Positions 27,001 to 39,392 of a stretch of DNA of 64,000 nucleotides are shown here, piece after piece; positions within the stretch are counted from its first letter, which is position 1, and the number at the start of each line of letters is the position of its first letter. The notes beneath the pieces are model-generated. The model saw only the letters and a list, made by a program, of their open reading frames with translations, made no database searches and had not been told where the DNA came from. The position numbers and the translations under genes were made by a program. The stretch lies in contig NIVC01003171.1 of assembly GCA_002269645.1 (NCBI GenBank), forward strand, positions 1 through 64,000, read 5' to 3'. Origin of the DNA: Macrostomum lignano (Eukaryota).

Positions 27001-29806
27001 ATGCCCGGGCATCTTCTTCTTTCACTTCTTTTGGCAAGTGTTCTTGCTACTAGCGAAGTTTTTTCCCATGACCTTCTCTACAAGCCAATTCGACGACCTC
27101 TTTTTGACGACGAATTGCCTGACACGATTCCGATCTTTAAAAAGATCCCTGCCATCAAAAGATCTCAACCATTGCACCTACCAACACTGATGTCATCGAC
27201 TTCACACAGTAATAGATGTTCTAACGAAGAGAGCAAGTGTTCTCTAAGCACCGGGCAAGAAGGCTGTTGTCCATACAAAAATGGAACCTGCTGTGTTGAT
27301 AAGTTAACTTGCTGCCCATTCGGACACCAATGCAATATTAAAGATGGAACTTGCATAGTTAAGCAAGACAAAGAAGTCAACGCTGTAGTGTGCCCCGACG
27401 GTCAGAGCCAGTGCCCAGACGGATCGACGTGCTGCAAGCTTCAGTCAGGTCAGTATGGCTGCTGTCCATTGGAGAAGGCCACATGCTGCAGGGACGGAGT
27501 CCACTGCTGCCCCAACGGATACAAGTGCGATGTGTCTGCTGGTACCTGCTCCAAAGGAGGCATTGTCCACGCTCTCACCAAGACTAAGACCAAGACCGAC
27601 GCCGTAGTGTGCCCCGACGGTCAGAGCCAGTGCCCAGACGGATCGACGTGCTGCAAGCTTCAGTCAGGTCAGTATGGCTGCTGTCCATTGGAGAAGGCCA
27701 CATGCTGCAGGGACGGAGTCCACTGCTGCCCCAACGGATACAAGTGCGATGTGTCTGCTGGTACCTGCTCCAAAGGAGGCATTGTCCACGCTCTCACCAA
27801 GACTAAGACCAAGACCGACGCCGTAGTGTGCCCCGACGGTCAGAGCCAGTGCCCAGACGGATCGACGTGCTGCAAGCTTCAGTCAGGTCAGTATGGCTGC
27901 TGTCCATTGGAGAAGGCCACATGCTGCAGGGACGGAGTCCACTGCTGCCCCAACGGATACAAGTGCGATGTGTCTGCTGGTACCTGCTCCAAAGGAGGCA
28001 TTGTCCACGCTCTCACCAAGACCAAGACCAAGACCGACGCCGTAGTGTGCCCCGACGGTCAGAGCCAGTGCCCAGACGGATCGACGTGCTGCAAGCTTCA
28101 GTCAGGTCAGTATGGCTGCTGTCCATTGGAGAAGGCCACATGCTGCAGGGACGGAGTCCACTGCTGCCCCAACGGATACAAGTGCGATGTGTCTGCTGGT
28201 ACCTGCTCCAAAGGAGGCATTGTCCACGCTCTCACCAAGACCAAGACCAAGACCGACGCCGTAGTGTGCCCCGACGGTCAGAGCCAGTGCCCAGACGGAT
28301 CGACGTGCTGCAAGCTTCAGTCAGGTCAGTATGGCTGCTGTCCATTGGAGAAGGCCACATGCTGCAGGGACGGAGTCCACTGCTGCCCCAACGGATACAA
28401 GTGCGATGTGTCTGCTGGTACCTGCTCCAAAGGAGGCATTGTCCACGCTCTCACCAAGACCAAGACCAAGACCGACGCCGTAGTGTGCCCCGACGGTCAG
28501 AGCCAGTGCCCAGACGGATCGACGTGCTGCAAGCTTCAGTCAGGTCAGTATGGCTGCTGTCCATTGGAGAAGGCCACATGCTGCAGGGACGGAGTCCACT
28601 GCTGCCCCAACGGATACAAGTGCGATGTGTCTGCTGGTACCTGCTCCAAAGGAGGCATTGTCCACGCTCTCACCAAGACCAAGACCAAGACCGACGCCGT
28701 AGTGTGCCCCGACGGTCAGAGCCAGTGCCCAGACGGATCGACGTGCTGCAAGCTTCAGTCAGGTCAGTATGGCTGCTGTCCATTGGAGAAGGCCACATGC
28801 TGCAGGGACGGAGTCCACTGCTGCCCCAACGGATACAAGTGCGATGTGTCTGCTGGTACCTGCTCCAAAGGAGGCATTGTCCACGCTCTCACCAAGACCA
28901 AGACCAAGACCGACGCCGTAGTGTGCCCCGACGGTCAGAGCCAGTGCCCAGACGGATCGACGTGCTGCAAGCTTCAGTCAGGTCAGTATGGCTGCTGTCC
29001 ATTGGAGAAGGCCACATGCTGCAGGGACGGAGTCCACTGCTGCCCCAACGGATACAAGTGCGATGTGTCTGCTGGTACCTGCTCCAAAGGAGGCATTGTC
29101 CACGCTCTCACCAAGACCAAGACCAAGACCGACGCCGTAGTGTGCCCGACGGTCAGAGCCAGTGCCCAGACGGATCGACGTGCTGCAAGCTTCAGTCAGG
29201 TCAGTATGGCTGCTGTCCATTGGAGAAGGCCACATGCTGCAGGGACGGAGTCCACTGCTGCCCCAACGGATACAAGTGCGATGTGTCTGCTGGTACCTGC
29301 TCCAAGTCGGGTTCCATTGCTAGCCGTGTTAAGTTGTCCAGCTGTTGCACGTTCTTCTCTGGCTCAGTGCTGTGCTGCAAGAACGGCCTTGTGTGCGACC
29401 CAAAGACGTACCAGTGCATGGCTCCTGTGTCGGAGGTTGACCAAGTGGCCACTACTGAGCCTGTTCACTCAGCTGATTATCCATCACAGTCTGTTGGATC
29501 AGCTCACTTGTCTATGTTCGGTGCACAGAGGCGCTTGGTGGCTTGCGCTGCGGGCCTTAACTGCGGCAGCAAGTCTACCTGCTGCATTACTGACTCCGGC
29601 AGTCCCAAGTGTTGCAGCCATTCTGACGTAAGTTCCTTGGTAGCTTATATAGATCTTAATGTTTCAAAACTCTCTGATATTGTATTATAATTGTTTCTCA
29701 ACCTTTAGGGCGTTTGTTGTTCCGGCGGCTCCCACTGTTGCCCCGCGGATTCGCCTGCGCCGCCAACGGCAAGTGCGCCATCGGCGCCGGCTTGTCGCAG
29801 CCGTGA
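27001..29806 (+). CDS. GRN: Progranulin: signal peptide, 1 unique plus 9 tandem near-identical granulin modules, then C-terminal modules; exons 27001-29627, 29709-29806
   Basis: Signal-like [16 protein letters not shown]. Repeated [53 protein letters not shown] with the 12-Cys granulin pattern. 1-bp deletions near 29145 and 29745. Confidence 0.95.
27385..29305 (+). repeat. 219-bp coding tandem repeat x9 (73 aa)
   Basis: Unit starts at 27385, 27604, 27823, 28042, 28261, 28480, 28699, 28918 and 29137. Confidence 0.97.
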
Positions 29807-31305
29807 AACTCAACTGGTGACATGGTTATATTCAAGCTCCGCTGATTCTTTCTTAATCAATAGCAGTGGTACAACAGAACTCGGAAGAAATTACAACTGT
29901 TTTTCGGATATTGCTTAGTTAAACATAAATTCGTAGCGTTTTGCTAATCCTGAACCGTTTTATAATGGCCTTTTGTTCAGACTATATATTCAGAATTTTG
30001 TAACAAACAGTACTTAATATTGAAACTTTAAATCCAGTTCTTATTGTGCCACAAGTTGAAAACGAAACGATTTTTGTCAATTTATTGTTTTTTACGGAAT
30101 TTTCACATCGATTCGGCATGCTTAAACTCGAGTGACGATTTTTCATGATTTTATGCTGTATCAATTTCTTCTGATTGCCACGTTCCCCCCTGACCGGTTT
30201 CATAAGGTACCTGTATGAGCAGACTATTCTATGCTGGAGGTTATGGCAAACTTTCCAATAATTGTTTTCCATTACAGCATTGATATACCAGCTCACTTCT
30301 AACATATTTATTCCGACAGTTGAGCCAGGACGCTGCTCTGCCAGAGTCCTGCCGCATCTGCTTTTAGGTACAATGAAATTTAGCCGAAAAGAAAACAACT
30401 AATAACCAATTATTTTCAATTGCTGTGACTGTAGGCATGTTATTGATCATGTACTTGCTCAACCCCTAGCTGCTATTTTCTGTCTGATCTGCACCAAAGC
30501 CAAGTACCTTCAATATACTGCACCGGCCTTCAATAATCCAGTTTGATTATTTAATAGATTAAACCATTGCTGTTTAGTACTTTGATTCGTTGTCAAAACA
30601 TTCAGTCACACGCCATTCAATCTATAGACGAAAGAAAATTGGATTAAACTCTGAAGCAACACTCCCGTAAAAACTCGATATAAATCAAAAGTTGCTTACA
30701 CGCTTCCGGTACAGCAACGAAATGCAAATGTATTATCTATCTCTACCTATAAAAATCAAAACTTAAAATTATATTTGCAAGAGGGTTTGAGGGGCAGCCT
30801 ACCGCAACGCCTTTGGCGACATCCGATGACCAGCGTAAGGCAACAACAAAATACGCTGTCAGCCAGTCAAGAGAGGCAAGTACAACGTACGTCGATCACA
30901 GGGCGTGTTTCAGGGTCTGGGCGCGAACGTAACACCGCCGGCATCACCGCCGGTCGACGAAAAGCCAAGTGCCATGCCCGCTTGTCCTCGCCGGTAAGGT
31001 GCCCGTAGGGGCGGTAAGACTCGGCCAATGGCTATTAGGCTGACTCCTTAGCACATGCACTCAGCAACATGTTAAAGTTTCCACCCAGAAACCTGTGATT
31101 GACAATTATACATGTACATGTAAGTGCGGCATTATCCAGCTCTAGCCATAAACTCTCCACTTTCTCCTCACCAGCCTGAGCTACATGTACATGTTTTAGG
31201 GCCTTGTGATGCGAATTGCACCACTCACAGTTGAGACGAGAACCGAAGCGCGATATATGAATTCATCACTTAGGGGCTTTAATATCATTGGATTTCGGGT
31301 TGAAG

Positions 31306-31658
31306 CTTTTATTTTTTTTATTAAAGGCAGGGGGTTGTGTGCACCCTGGCGCACTTTAAGCAACATAGGCACACAACCGGCGAGAGGCATTACTGCCCAT
31401 TCCGCCGACTCCCCTGAGCAGGCGGCACACAAGCGCGCGGATACGTACGCAGGCACACACTCACACAGGAGTGTACAGCGGCCCTAACTTTATATTATCG
31501 TTAGGCATGTACACTTCACTGCGCCTTGGGGGGTTGGCTCTCAAGGCCGTTAATTGCACGAGCAGAGCCAAGCCGAGATTAATGTGACTGCACTTGGAAT
31601 CGAGCCTGGGTCGCTGGCACACCAGAGCAGCTGCGCTACCGCTGGGCCACGGCCCCCC
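31306..31658 (-). mobile_element. tRNA-derived SINE, family A, copy 1
   Basis: tRNA-like head GGGGCCGTGGCCCAGCGGT..GGCTCGATTCC, poly(A) tail, TSD TTCGGGTTGAAG on both sides. Confidence 0.92.
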
Positions 31659-33870
31659 TTCGGGTTGAAGTTTTGTCATGTTGTTGAGTGTACGAGCGCA
31701 CGGATCGACGCGGGCATGCCACCCATTACACACACGCTCTCAAACATGCGCAATCCAGCTGGGAATACTCAATAAATAGGACGGGAAATTACGAAGTTGG
31801 AGGCTGATGTATTTAATTAATAACTTAGTCTTGGATTTCTTGGATTTCATGGATAGGTTTTTACCACAGACGCAAACTCACTGACTACAATTGCTAAAAC
31901 CTATCTAGCTCGTATAAGTAATGCTTTTCGAGACTAAATTATTAATATATCGGCCTCCAACTTTTTTAGTTTCCCGTCCCGAATACTGAGTAGTCCCTGG
32001 CGCAAGCTCTTCCATTTACACCTGCCGAGCGGCTTAGTTCTCTCCTACCTTACCTGCTACCCTCGTACTACCTTTTTCGTTTTCTTCTTTTCTTTTTGTG
32101 TTTTTTTGTTTCTTGCAATTCTTTCTCTTCACTTGATGGACGAGAGAGTAATGCTTTAATTACAACATATGTACAGTATTATAAAATTAGTACAAGCAAT
32201 CTCATCACATGATCATAATCGGCGCTCTTTTCCGCGTGTACATGCATATACGAGTCAAGGACCACTGTAGTAACAGGGTAAGTATGTAAACTCAAAGATC
32301 ATGTACAGTTAAGAGAACGCATAGGTACAATGCAAAGCATTTAATGAATCTCGATATGGTTTCAGCGGGTAGGGTTAGCGCTTGAGCAGTTTCTCTCTGT
32401 TGCCGCGTTTAGTTACGAGCTACATTTAGGCAACCTTCAACTCCCGGGCCACCCCCAAAGCATTTGCTGGGCGAGGCTTCTATGTGGCACACGTTTACAG
32501 CAGGTTGCTGGCTCGGCCCTCAAACCTCAGCTTCGTTATTGTCCTAATTGTGCATTGAGGCCGGCTGGCCTAGAGCTGGTCACACTGCACACTGAATCAA
32601 TCAAAACAGTTCAAAACATTAGCAAAGCACAGCAACAGGTCGACCTTGAGGTTGTCGGTGTAGGTGCACATGTCATAGAAGCGCCTGGACTGCTGACTGC
32701 TGAATGGCAGACTTGGATCGCGTCCGGTTGAACACCTTCAGTGGCGGCAACACAACACAGACGCTTCGGCTGGGGTCACCTGGCGCCATACAAAACCCTC
32801 TGCCGAGTGTCCCGGGTGACTCGTACATAAGCCTCCTGACCTGGGGGATTTTTATGCCTGTGGACCCGTATCTATCAATTGAGTGCCAGATTATAAAGTA
32901 CATGATGGTGCAGCTTGCATAGCACCGCTATCAAATCACAGCACTGATGTACAAAGCTTACACAGATCTGTGTACTGTACGTCGACTCTTTCCATGGAAA
33001 GCCATGAAAAGTTATGCATAAGTGAAGCTACACCTAGTCAGCCATATTGTATTGAAGCAGTTGAAGGTTAAATGTGACTCGCTGCGATGAGATGTCTATA
33101 GAATACATTCGATCTTGGTGTTTAAATGTTACCACATTGATATAAATTCTGTATTGGAAAGAATAACAAAAAACCAGCATTCTGCACCAGCCATGTAGAT
33201 TCGGTTAGCTTCCCATCGAGGCTGCAAAATGTGAAGCAATTAACTCTTCTACAGAACATGTAAGACATAAAACATTTGCTTACTCCATATTGATCTTCAA
33301 CGGTTAGGGCATTCTGAAGAGCTTGCCCAGTGCGCGTACATGTTTATAGCGAAATGGTTGTGCGTCACAGAGCAAACGGGTTATAATAATAATATACATG
33401 TACATGTACATGTAGCAGGTCTTATCTGACCCAGCGACCCTCGACCCATGCCAAAACAGAATATCAAGCTGGCCCATGCGAATTGCCAGCAAAATGTGTC
33501 CATGCGATATCTGGGGACTGCCAGAGCCGAACTGTGTCATAAAAGCGCAAGGTGCCGATGAACCTGCTGAATGCATATGCGAACTACATGTAAATTAACT
33601 ATTCAAGTTTTCGCTTTCGCTTATAGTTTCTCAGTGTGAACTGCATGCGTTGGTTGGAGAGCTGGACAGATAAATCGCAGACCCCACCTGCAACTTTGCA
33701 CTTGCAGGCCCTAGCGAAGCACATGAAAATGTTAATTGCAAATAACACAGTAGTCCAAGTCAGAGTAGTGTCTGCTAGCACGGGTCATGCATCAGATCAA
33801 TTAGGTACTTTTAAGTTTGCTGTGCTCAACCCACAGCAGATACACTGTGATACATTCGGAATGAAATATA

Positions 33871-34590
33871 CAGGGTGGTCCAGAAAGGTCTCCCGGATTA
33901 CAAACAGAGTTTCTCTGCACTGGATTGATGGATTGGGCTGAAACTTGACCTGCTTAAACTTTATTCTAAATAGTTTTTTTGTCTAAAAATCTTAGCAATT
34001 GCTAAAAAAATCATGAAGTTACAGCAGTTTTTCTAAAAAACACCGTTTTTTTGTTAAATCAGTTGGGTTTTAGCACAATCTGATATGCAGCTGTTAGTCA
34101 GTGCTCCACATTATGACCTTTGTTGTCAATACAAGTCTGCAGGCGCTTCATAAAAGCTATTATAAGGCTGTTGACAGCAAAGTCCACTGGTATATCCGGC
34201 ATTACCTGCGTTATCCGTGCCTTAAGCTCATCCAGGCTGTCCACTGGCTGTCGGTAGACATTGTCTTTCACCCATCCCCAGACACTCACGATACCATCGC
34301 CGCTGGAACAACAGTGGACTCTTCAATTCATCCAGCCAGGATGCCATTTTAAATCTTTCAACTAGCATGTAAGTCATAAAGCTGGAATGAAATGTGCACA
34401 TCAGTAAGTGAAAATGGTGTTTTTTTAGAAAAACTGCTGTAACTTTATGATTTTTTTAGCAATTGCTAAGATTTTAAAAAATATATATACTCAGAATAAA
34501 GTTTAAGCAGGTCAAGTTTCAGCCCAATCCATCAATCCAGTGCAGAGAAAACTCTGTTTGTAATCCGGAAGACCTTTCTGGACCACCCTG
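33871..34590 (-). mobile_element. Internally deleted Tc1/mariner (Tc3-like) DNA transposon with ~175-bp TIRs
   Basis: CAGGGTGGTCCAGAAAGG... inverted at both ends, flanked by TA. Minus-strand remnant WGWVKDNVY..DELKARI..RLQTCIDNKGHNVEH is the transposase C-terminus. Confidence 0.9.
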
Positions 34591-36520
34591 TACTACGCTA
34601 TCACAGATACTAAATACCCTTGATGGCTATTATGTTTATGTGCCAACTTGGCAATTGCTATATTCTCTGCCCCAGTGACATATATTTGCTTTATTTTGTG
34701 TCTTGATTATAGAAAAAATATTAGGAGAAAATGACGGTCAAGCGCGCGTGCAACTTTGCTGCTTCCAAATATTTTATCGACTGTAGCTATGGTCAGACTG
34801 GGCTGGGCAGTGAATCAAAATACACTAGTGGAGTTAGTTGAATAAATAAATGTTGCTTTATACGTTCATACATGCACCGTTGAACAGAAAGTAGTTTTGA
34901 TGGCCTAAGTGAACTATCAAGTGTATTTAGTATCTGTGTGTTTATTCATTAACTTCCTTTTCGTGTTTACTGTCGTAACATCAATTGGTGTCCTGGGGAA
35001 TGAGTTCGTCCCGAATCGGGAATACCGCGGCTGAGTCCGGGTCCTCTTGCTCCTTGTGCCCCTTCCCGCCCCCTTGGCCTGGCCTCCAATATAGAGCTGG
35101 ATAGGCGATACCCTTGGGTTTGTAGCCGGTAGACGGTCTTCCTGCCTGGAGACTCGCCCTCGGACACAAGCCTTCCAGACTCGCTCCAATAGTTAAGCCA
35201 TTTCCGTAGACTTCGGGGTTTCCCCGCTCTCGAACCGCTTTCAGTAGTAACCCAAGCTTTTTTCGCTTTTTCCAATTTTTTCTGCGCACTCCCGAGGACT
35301 TGTCTGCTGGGTGGTGGCCTGGGTGGACTCGGTCCTTGTACCGTCCCTGATTCCACTAATATTGGGTTGGCGGTGTCTTGTACCGTAGGTTTGGGTTAGT
35401 AGCACCAATACACATGCTCTCACCAGAGTCCTGAGCTCTGGTCCCAATCGTGGCCTCTCGGGCTACATGCCCCTGGCAGTATGGCCCAGTCAGATCTCTG
35501 CGGTAGAGCCCCCTTTCGGGCTGATCCGCGCCAAGCCCCTGGCTTTCCACTCCCGTTTAAGAAGAACATCAAATCATGACTTTAACGCGACTCTGATATT
35601 TTGCATTTAATATTGGAAATGGGTATAAATGCATGCACACGCTCTCACACGTACACTTCACAGGAGTCCGTAAGTCAGCAGGCAAAAGCCGCTGTACATG
35701 TAATTTCCGCAATGCCCGCATCGCTTACAGTGTCTGGCCCAGCCTGTGCAAACTTTTTGACAGTTTGGAAAGGTGAAAAAACTTTATAAACACCAGTTTG
35801 ATCTGTTTATCCTGAGTGCACACATTTCTAGCCTGTAAATTATGTTTATCTTCCGTCCTCTTCAATGCTGGCCTGCAACACTACCCATGTAGGTTTGAAT
35901 TGGCTTCCATGATTGCCAAGACAGACACGTTTTATTCGAAGTTTATCTTAGCTTGCAGTGTCCAGCAAGATGCCATTGCAGAAGAGTAGTGTAAGAGCCA
36001 AAATCTTGAGAGGCCTCCACTGCCCCACTGTCCCTCACGGGAGCTGATGGAACTATATTCAACCCGCGGTGTAGAGACTCAAAGAGTGGGGTCTAGCGAA
36101 AAAAATAGTGAGGTGGAAAAAATCCACTTCACATTGCAGCCCCGCGCGTATACTTCGGTTTTCAATTGTTCGGGTCCCTTCATTGATTCTGTGCACTCGC
36201 GTGAACCCGAACTGTCTGGACTGCGCCGTTGTCTGGCACAGTGACCGCACTGACCCTTGCATCTGACTGGCTGGGAGACAGTGGACTGCATCTGTCTGTC
36301 TGCACCTGGCCTCAGTTGTACTTAATCTATGCAAACAGGCAAGCTGAGACACAATGGCACAATGGATACGCAACGCCCGGGGGGGGTCGCAGCTGGCAGG
36401 CATTGGGCGCTTGGCTGCAGCTAAACTCCTGCAAACGCTGAGGAAATTGCGAAGCTAAGCGACTGCAGCCGATTGCACCGAGTGGACTCGCGGCGCCCCA
36501 GAGTCCCTGGCGGGTCTGTG

Positions 36521-36527
36521 TATAAAA
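36521..36527 (+). promoter_or_regulatory. Candidate TATA box of the dynein light chain gene
   Basis: TATAAAA ~95 bp upstream of the ATG in a GC-rich context. Confidence 0.45.
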
Positions 36528-36618
36528 TGCAGTGGCTGGTGCAGCTCCCCAGCTCAGCTGCAGAGAGCAAGCGTCCAGCAAAACAGTTCATCTCAGAGCT
36601 CAAAGCCCAGTAGCAAGC

Positions 36619-36978
36619 ATGAGTCTTACTTTCGTCAAGGGTGACATCAGCGACGAACTGCGCCGCAACCTCCAGGGGGTGATCGGCACCGTGGCGGCCG
36701 AGAATCAGGACAACCAGGAGGCCATGGCCCGCGCGGTCAAGCAGCGCCTGGACAGCAGCCTGGGCAGCGGCTGGCAGGTGGTGATCGGGCGCAGCTACTC
36801 CTGGTGAGAGTCCGGGCACTGAGTTCACTGACTGGCAAATTACCTCAATGATGATCCTCAAATTCATTGCTCCAATACCGCTCTTCCCAAATCCAGCCAG
36901 GTGATCCACGAGAAGGGCAGCTTCGCCAATTTCTCCATCGGGCCCTACGTCATGGCGGTGTGGCGGGCTGGCTTTTAA
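36619..36978 (+). CDS. Dynein light chain LC8-type (divergent), 88 aa; exons 36619-36803, 36897-36978
   Basis: AMARAVKQRLDSSLGSGWQVVIGRSYSC|QVIHEKGSFANFSIGPYVMAVWRAG aligns to the LC8 motif (IA..IK..FD...G..WHCIVG..FGS.VTHE..F..F..G...IL.FK.G). Confidence 0.88.
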
Positions 36979-37541
36979 CATGCCATAGAAAACTGTCTTA
37001 GCGAATACGCCAAACTAGGATGTCTATTTTGTATCAAATTTAATACATGTACAATCACAACTAATCGAAAACAGGATTCGGGATTAGCAATCATCTTCAA
37101 GTTTGTTTCTGTGATAAAAAACTTTATTGCTAATCCTGTTGCGCGTGAGTCAAATACACGAATCATCAGATAAAAACTAAGTAGTTGTTGAAATAAAAAT
37201 GTTAACTATTAATGAATACAATTTTTAATTTTTTCGAACGAATACCCAACTATACTACTGATATAGAGGGCAAAAGAACTCTTCAGCACAAATAAAGTAC
37301 ATGTAAAGTACATGTATCTAATGTCAAGGCAGAATTGAAATCGTCAGCGGCCATTCATTCACATTGTAATTTGCAAGCAGCCAAACTGTTTCCGAAAGCA
37401 ATTGTCAAATTTATAAAAGCCATACTTAATATTGAACGTTTAATGCTTTCAAACGTATCAAAGATGCTGGCTAGGTCGTGCGCTTGCCAGTGCCGCGGCC
37501 AGTTGGTCATAGACGCTGAGGAGCCCAGCTGATGAAGCGGC

Positions 37542-38192
37542 TCAGTCGAAGATCTCGTAATATTTCAGCGGTGCCTCTCCGGGGGTGAACAGGGTGCACG
37601 GCAGGATCCAGCCGTACGGAGTGAAGCCTTCCCTGTGCAGGCGGCTGCTGAAGGTGCGCGAGTCCTGGAACGGCCTCGACGGGTTCAGCTTCACCTGGCC
37701 AAACTTTGCCATGTCCTCCCGGCGGGCCGCTTTCGGCAGTTGAAACTTCGGCGGCTGCCTTTGGCTTTGATCCGGCGGCTGTCTTTGATCTGGCGGCTTC
37801 TTTTGATCTGGCGGCTGTCTTTGATCTGGCGGCTTCTTTTGATCTGGCGGCTGTTTTTTATCTGGCGGCTGTCTTTGATCTGTCGGCTGTCTTTGATCCG
37901 GCGGCTGCCTTTGATCTGGCGGCTTCTTTTGATCTTGCGGATTCTTTTGATCTGGCGGCTGTTTTTTATCTGTCGGCTGTCTTTGATCCGGCGGCTGCCT
38001 TTGATCTGGCGGCTTCTTTTGATCTTGCGGATTCTTTTGATCTGGCGGCTGTTTTTTATCTGTCGGCTGTCTTTGATCCGGCGGCTGTCGTTGATCTAGC
38101 GGCTGCTTTGCACTGGCGCCAGCCTTGCTTTTGCCAGAGCTTGCTGGCGCGGTCTGCTTGCTGGCCTTGTTGGGCCTGGCTTTGTCAGCCAT
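37542..38192 (-). CDS. Uncharacterised protein with DQ(R/K)(Q/K)P(P/T) hexapeptide repeats and a unique C-terminal segment
   Basis: Uninterrupted 216-aa ORF from ATG GCT GAC. The 18-bp repeat preserves frame. An AG acceptor lies just upstream of the ATG. Confidence 0.7.
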   Translation of the reverse strand: MADKARPNKASKQTAPASSGKSKAGASAKQPLDQRQPPDQRQPTDKKQPPDQKNPQDQKKPPDQRQPPDQRQPTDKKQPPDQKNPQDQKKPPDQRQPPDQRQPTDQRQPPDKKQPPDQKKPPDQRQPPDQKKPPDQRQPPDQSQRQPPKFQLPKAARREDMAKFGQVKLNPSRPFQDSRTFSSRLHREGFTPYGWILPCTLFTPGEAPLKYYEIFD

Positions 38193-39032
38193 GACCTGCA
38201 AATCCAACTGGATGGCTTTGAGTTAGCGATTTGATCTTCGGGTTAAATCATATATCTCAGCAGCTACTGATATAAAATATAAATACTTATTTAATTCCTT
38301 CAATTATCTGAATCCGTAGTCTATGGAAAAAGTCGTCATTTTTGAGTAGAACCGGCAGCACGAAAATTGCCTGCGCGAAACAGCCTGCACGACAACTGCC
38401 TGCGGCAACAACTTTGTTTGTGCGTGTGTGCTCCCTGTTGCTTTTGTTCAATTTAATAACTAGGTGAGCCAGTGTACTGTAGTATAGTAGCAAATAGTTT
38501 GTCGATTTAGAATTGTACAGTTAAATAAAAAATATATAATAACATATACTTTTGAATTCAGTACACTAAAACCTGCTTTTCATTTCTCTGTTTAGTAATT
38601 TATATTTTCTTCTAATTACTAATAATAACTATGATGTTGCGCTCTGAGTTGCTGAACAAGCTCAGCTAGCAGTCATGGTTGTCTCCACAGTCAGCTGTCG
38701 CCGCAGGCAGTTGTCGCGCAGGCAATTGTCATAGAACCAATGGAAACTGATGCCAAGAGCATTAAACAATTAATTTTCGTAAGTACGAGTAAAAAGTATT
38801 TTAACTACTTTTTACCATAGACTAAGGACTTCTCACTCACAATTCAACCCTCAAGTTACGCAACTAAGCCGCCGCGAGGGAAAGTTTATTGAACCTGTGG
38901 CGGCCAGACCTGCACGCAGCGTGATATCTGGTGAATTGGTACTCAAACCCCCTGGCCCGCATAGCTGGGGTGGGGGGGGGGTGGGTGCACCCAGCCCTCC
39001 GGCTCTTTAAGCCAGTGGGGTATTGTGTGATT

Positions 39033-39392
39033 TTTTTTTTTTAGAGGCAGGGGGGTTGTGTGCACCCTGGCGCAATTTAAGCGTCATTGGCACACAACCG
39101 GCGAGAGGCATTACTGCCCATTCCGCCGACTCCCCTGAGCAGGCATACAAGCGCGCGGATACGTTACGCAGGCACACACTCACACAGGAGTGTACAGCGG
39201 CCCTAACTTTATCAATTGTTAGGCATGTACACTTCACTGCGCCTTGGGGGGTTGGCTCTCAAGGCCGTTAATTGCACAAGCGAGCCAAGCCAAGATTCCA
39301 ATCCAGCCCCAAATTAATGTGGCTGCACTTGGAATCGAGCCTGGGTCGCGGCACACCAGAGCAGCTGCGCTACCGCTGGGCTACGGCCCCCC
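39033..39392 (-). mobile_element. tRNA-derived SINE, family A, copy 2
   Basis: Near-identical to 31306-31658; TSD GGTATTGTGTGATT. Confidence 0.92.

Noticed and set aside
27390-29140. Alternative-frame [11 protein letters not shown].. repeat protein
   Set aside because: It is an off-frame reading of the granulin repeat; only its part after the 1-bp deletion at ~29145 is the true granulin frame.
31580-31658. tRNA genes at SINE heads (also 13280, 39320, 48780)
   Set aside because: They have A/B boxes but no clean cloverleaf, and they continue into a shared body; the family A copies also have a poly(A) tail and TSDs, so they are SINEs.
30770-33560. Exon-like GC-rich fragments (30770-31010, 32640-32900, 33300-33560)
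   Set aside because: They have some splice-like signals, but I could not recognise a protein family or join them in frame.
38360-38740. MITE with imperfect inverted repeats built from GACAA(C/T)TGCCTGC units
   Set aside because: Inverted similarity is visible, but termini and TSD cannot be fixed, so it is not listed as a feature.
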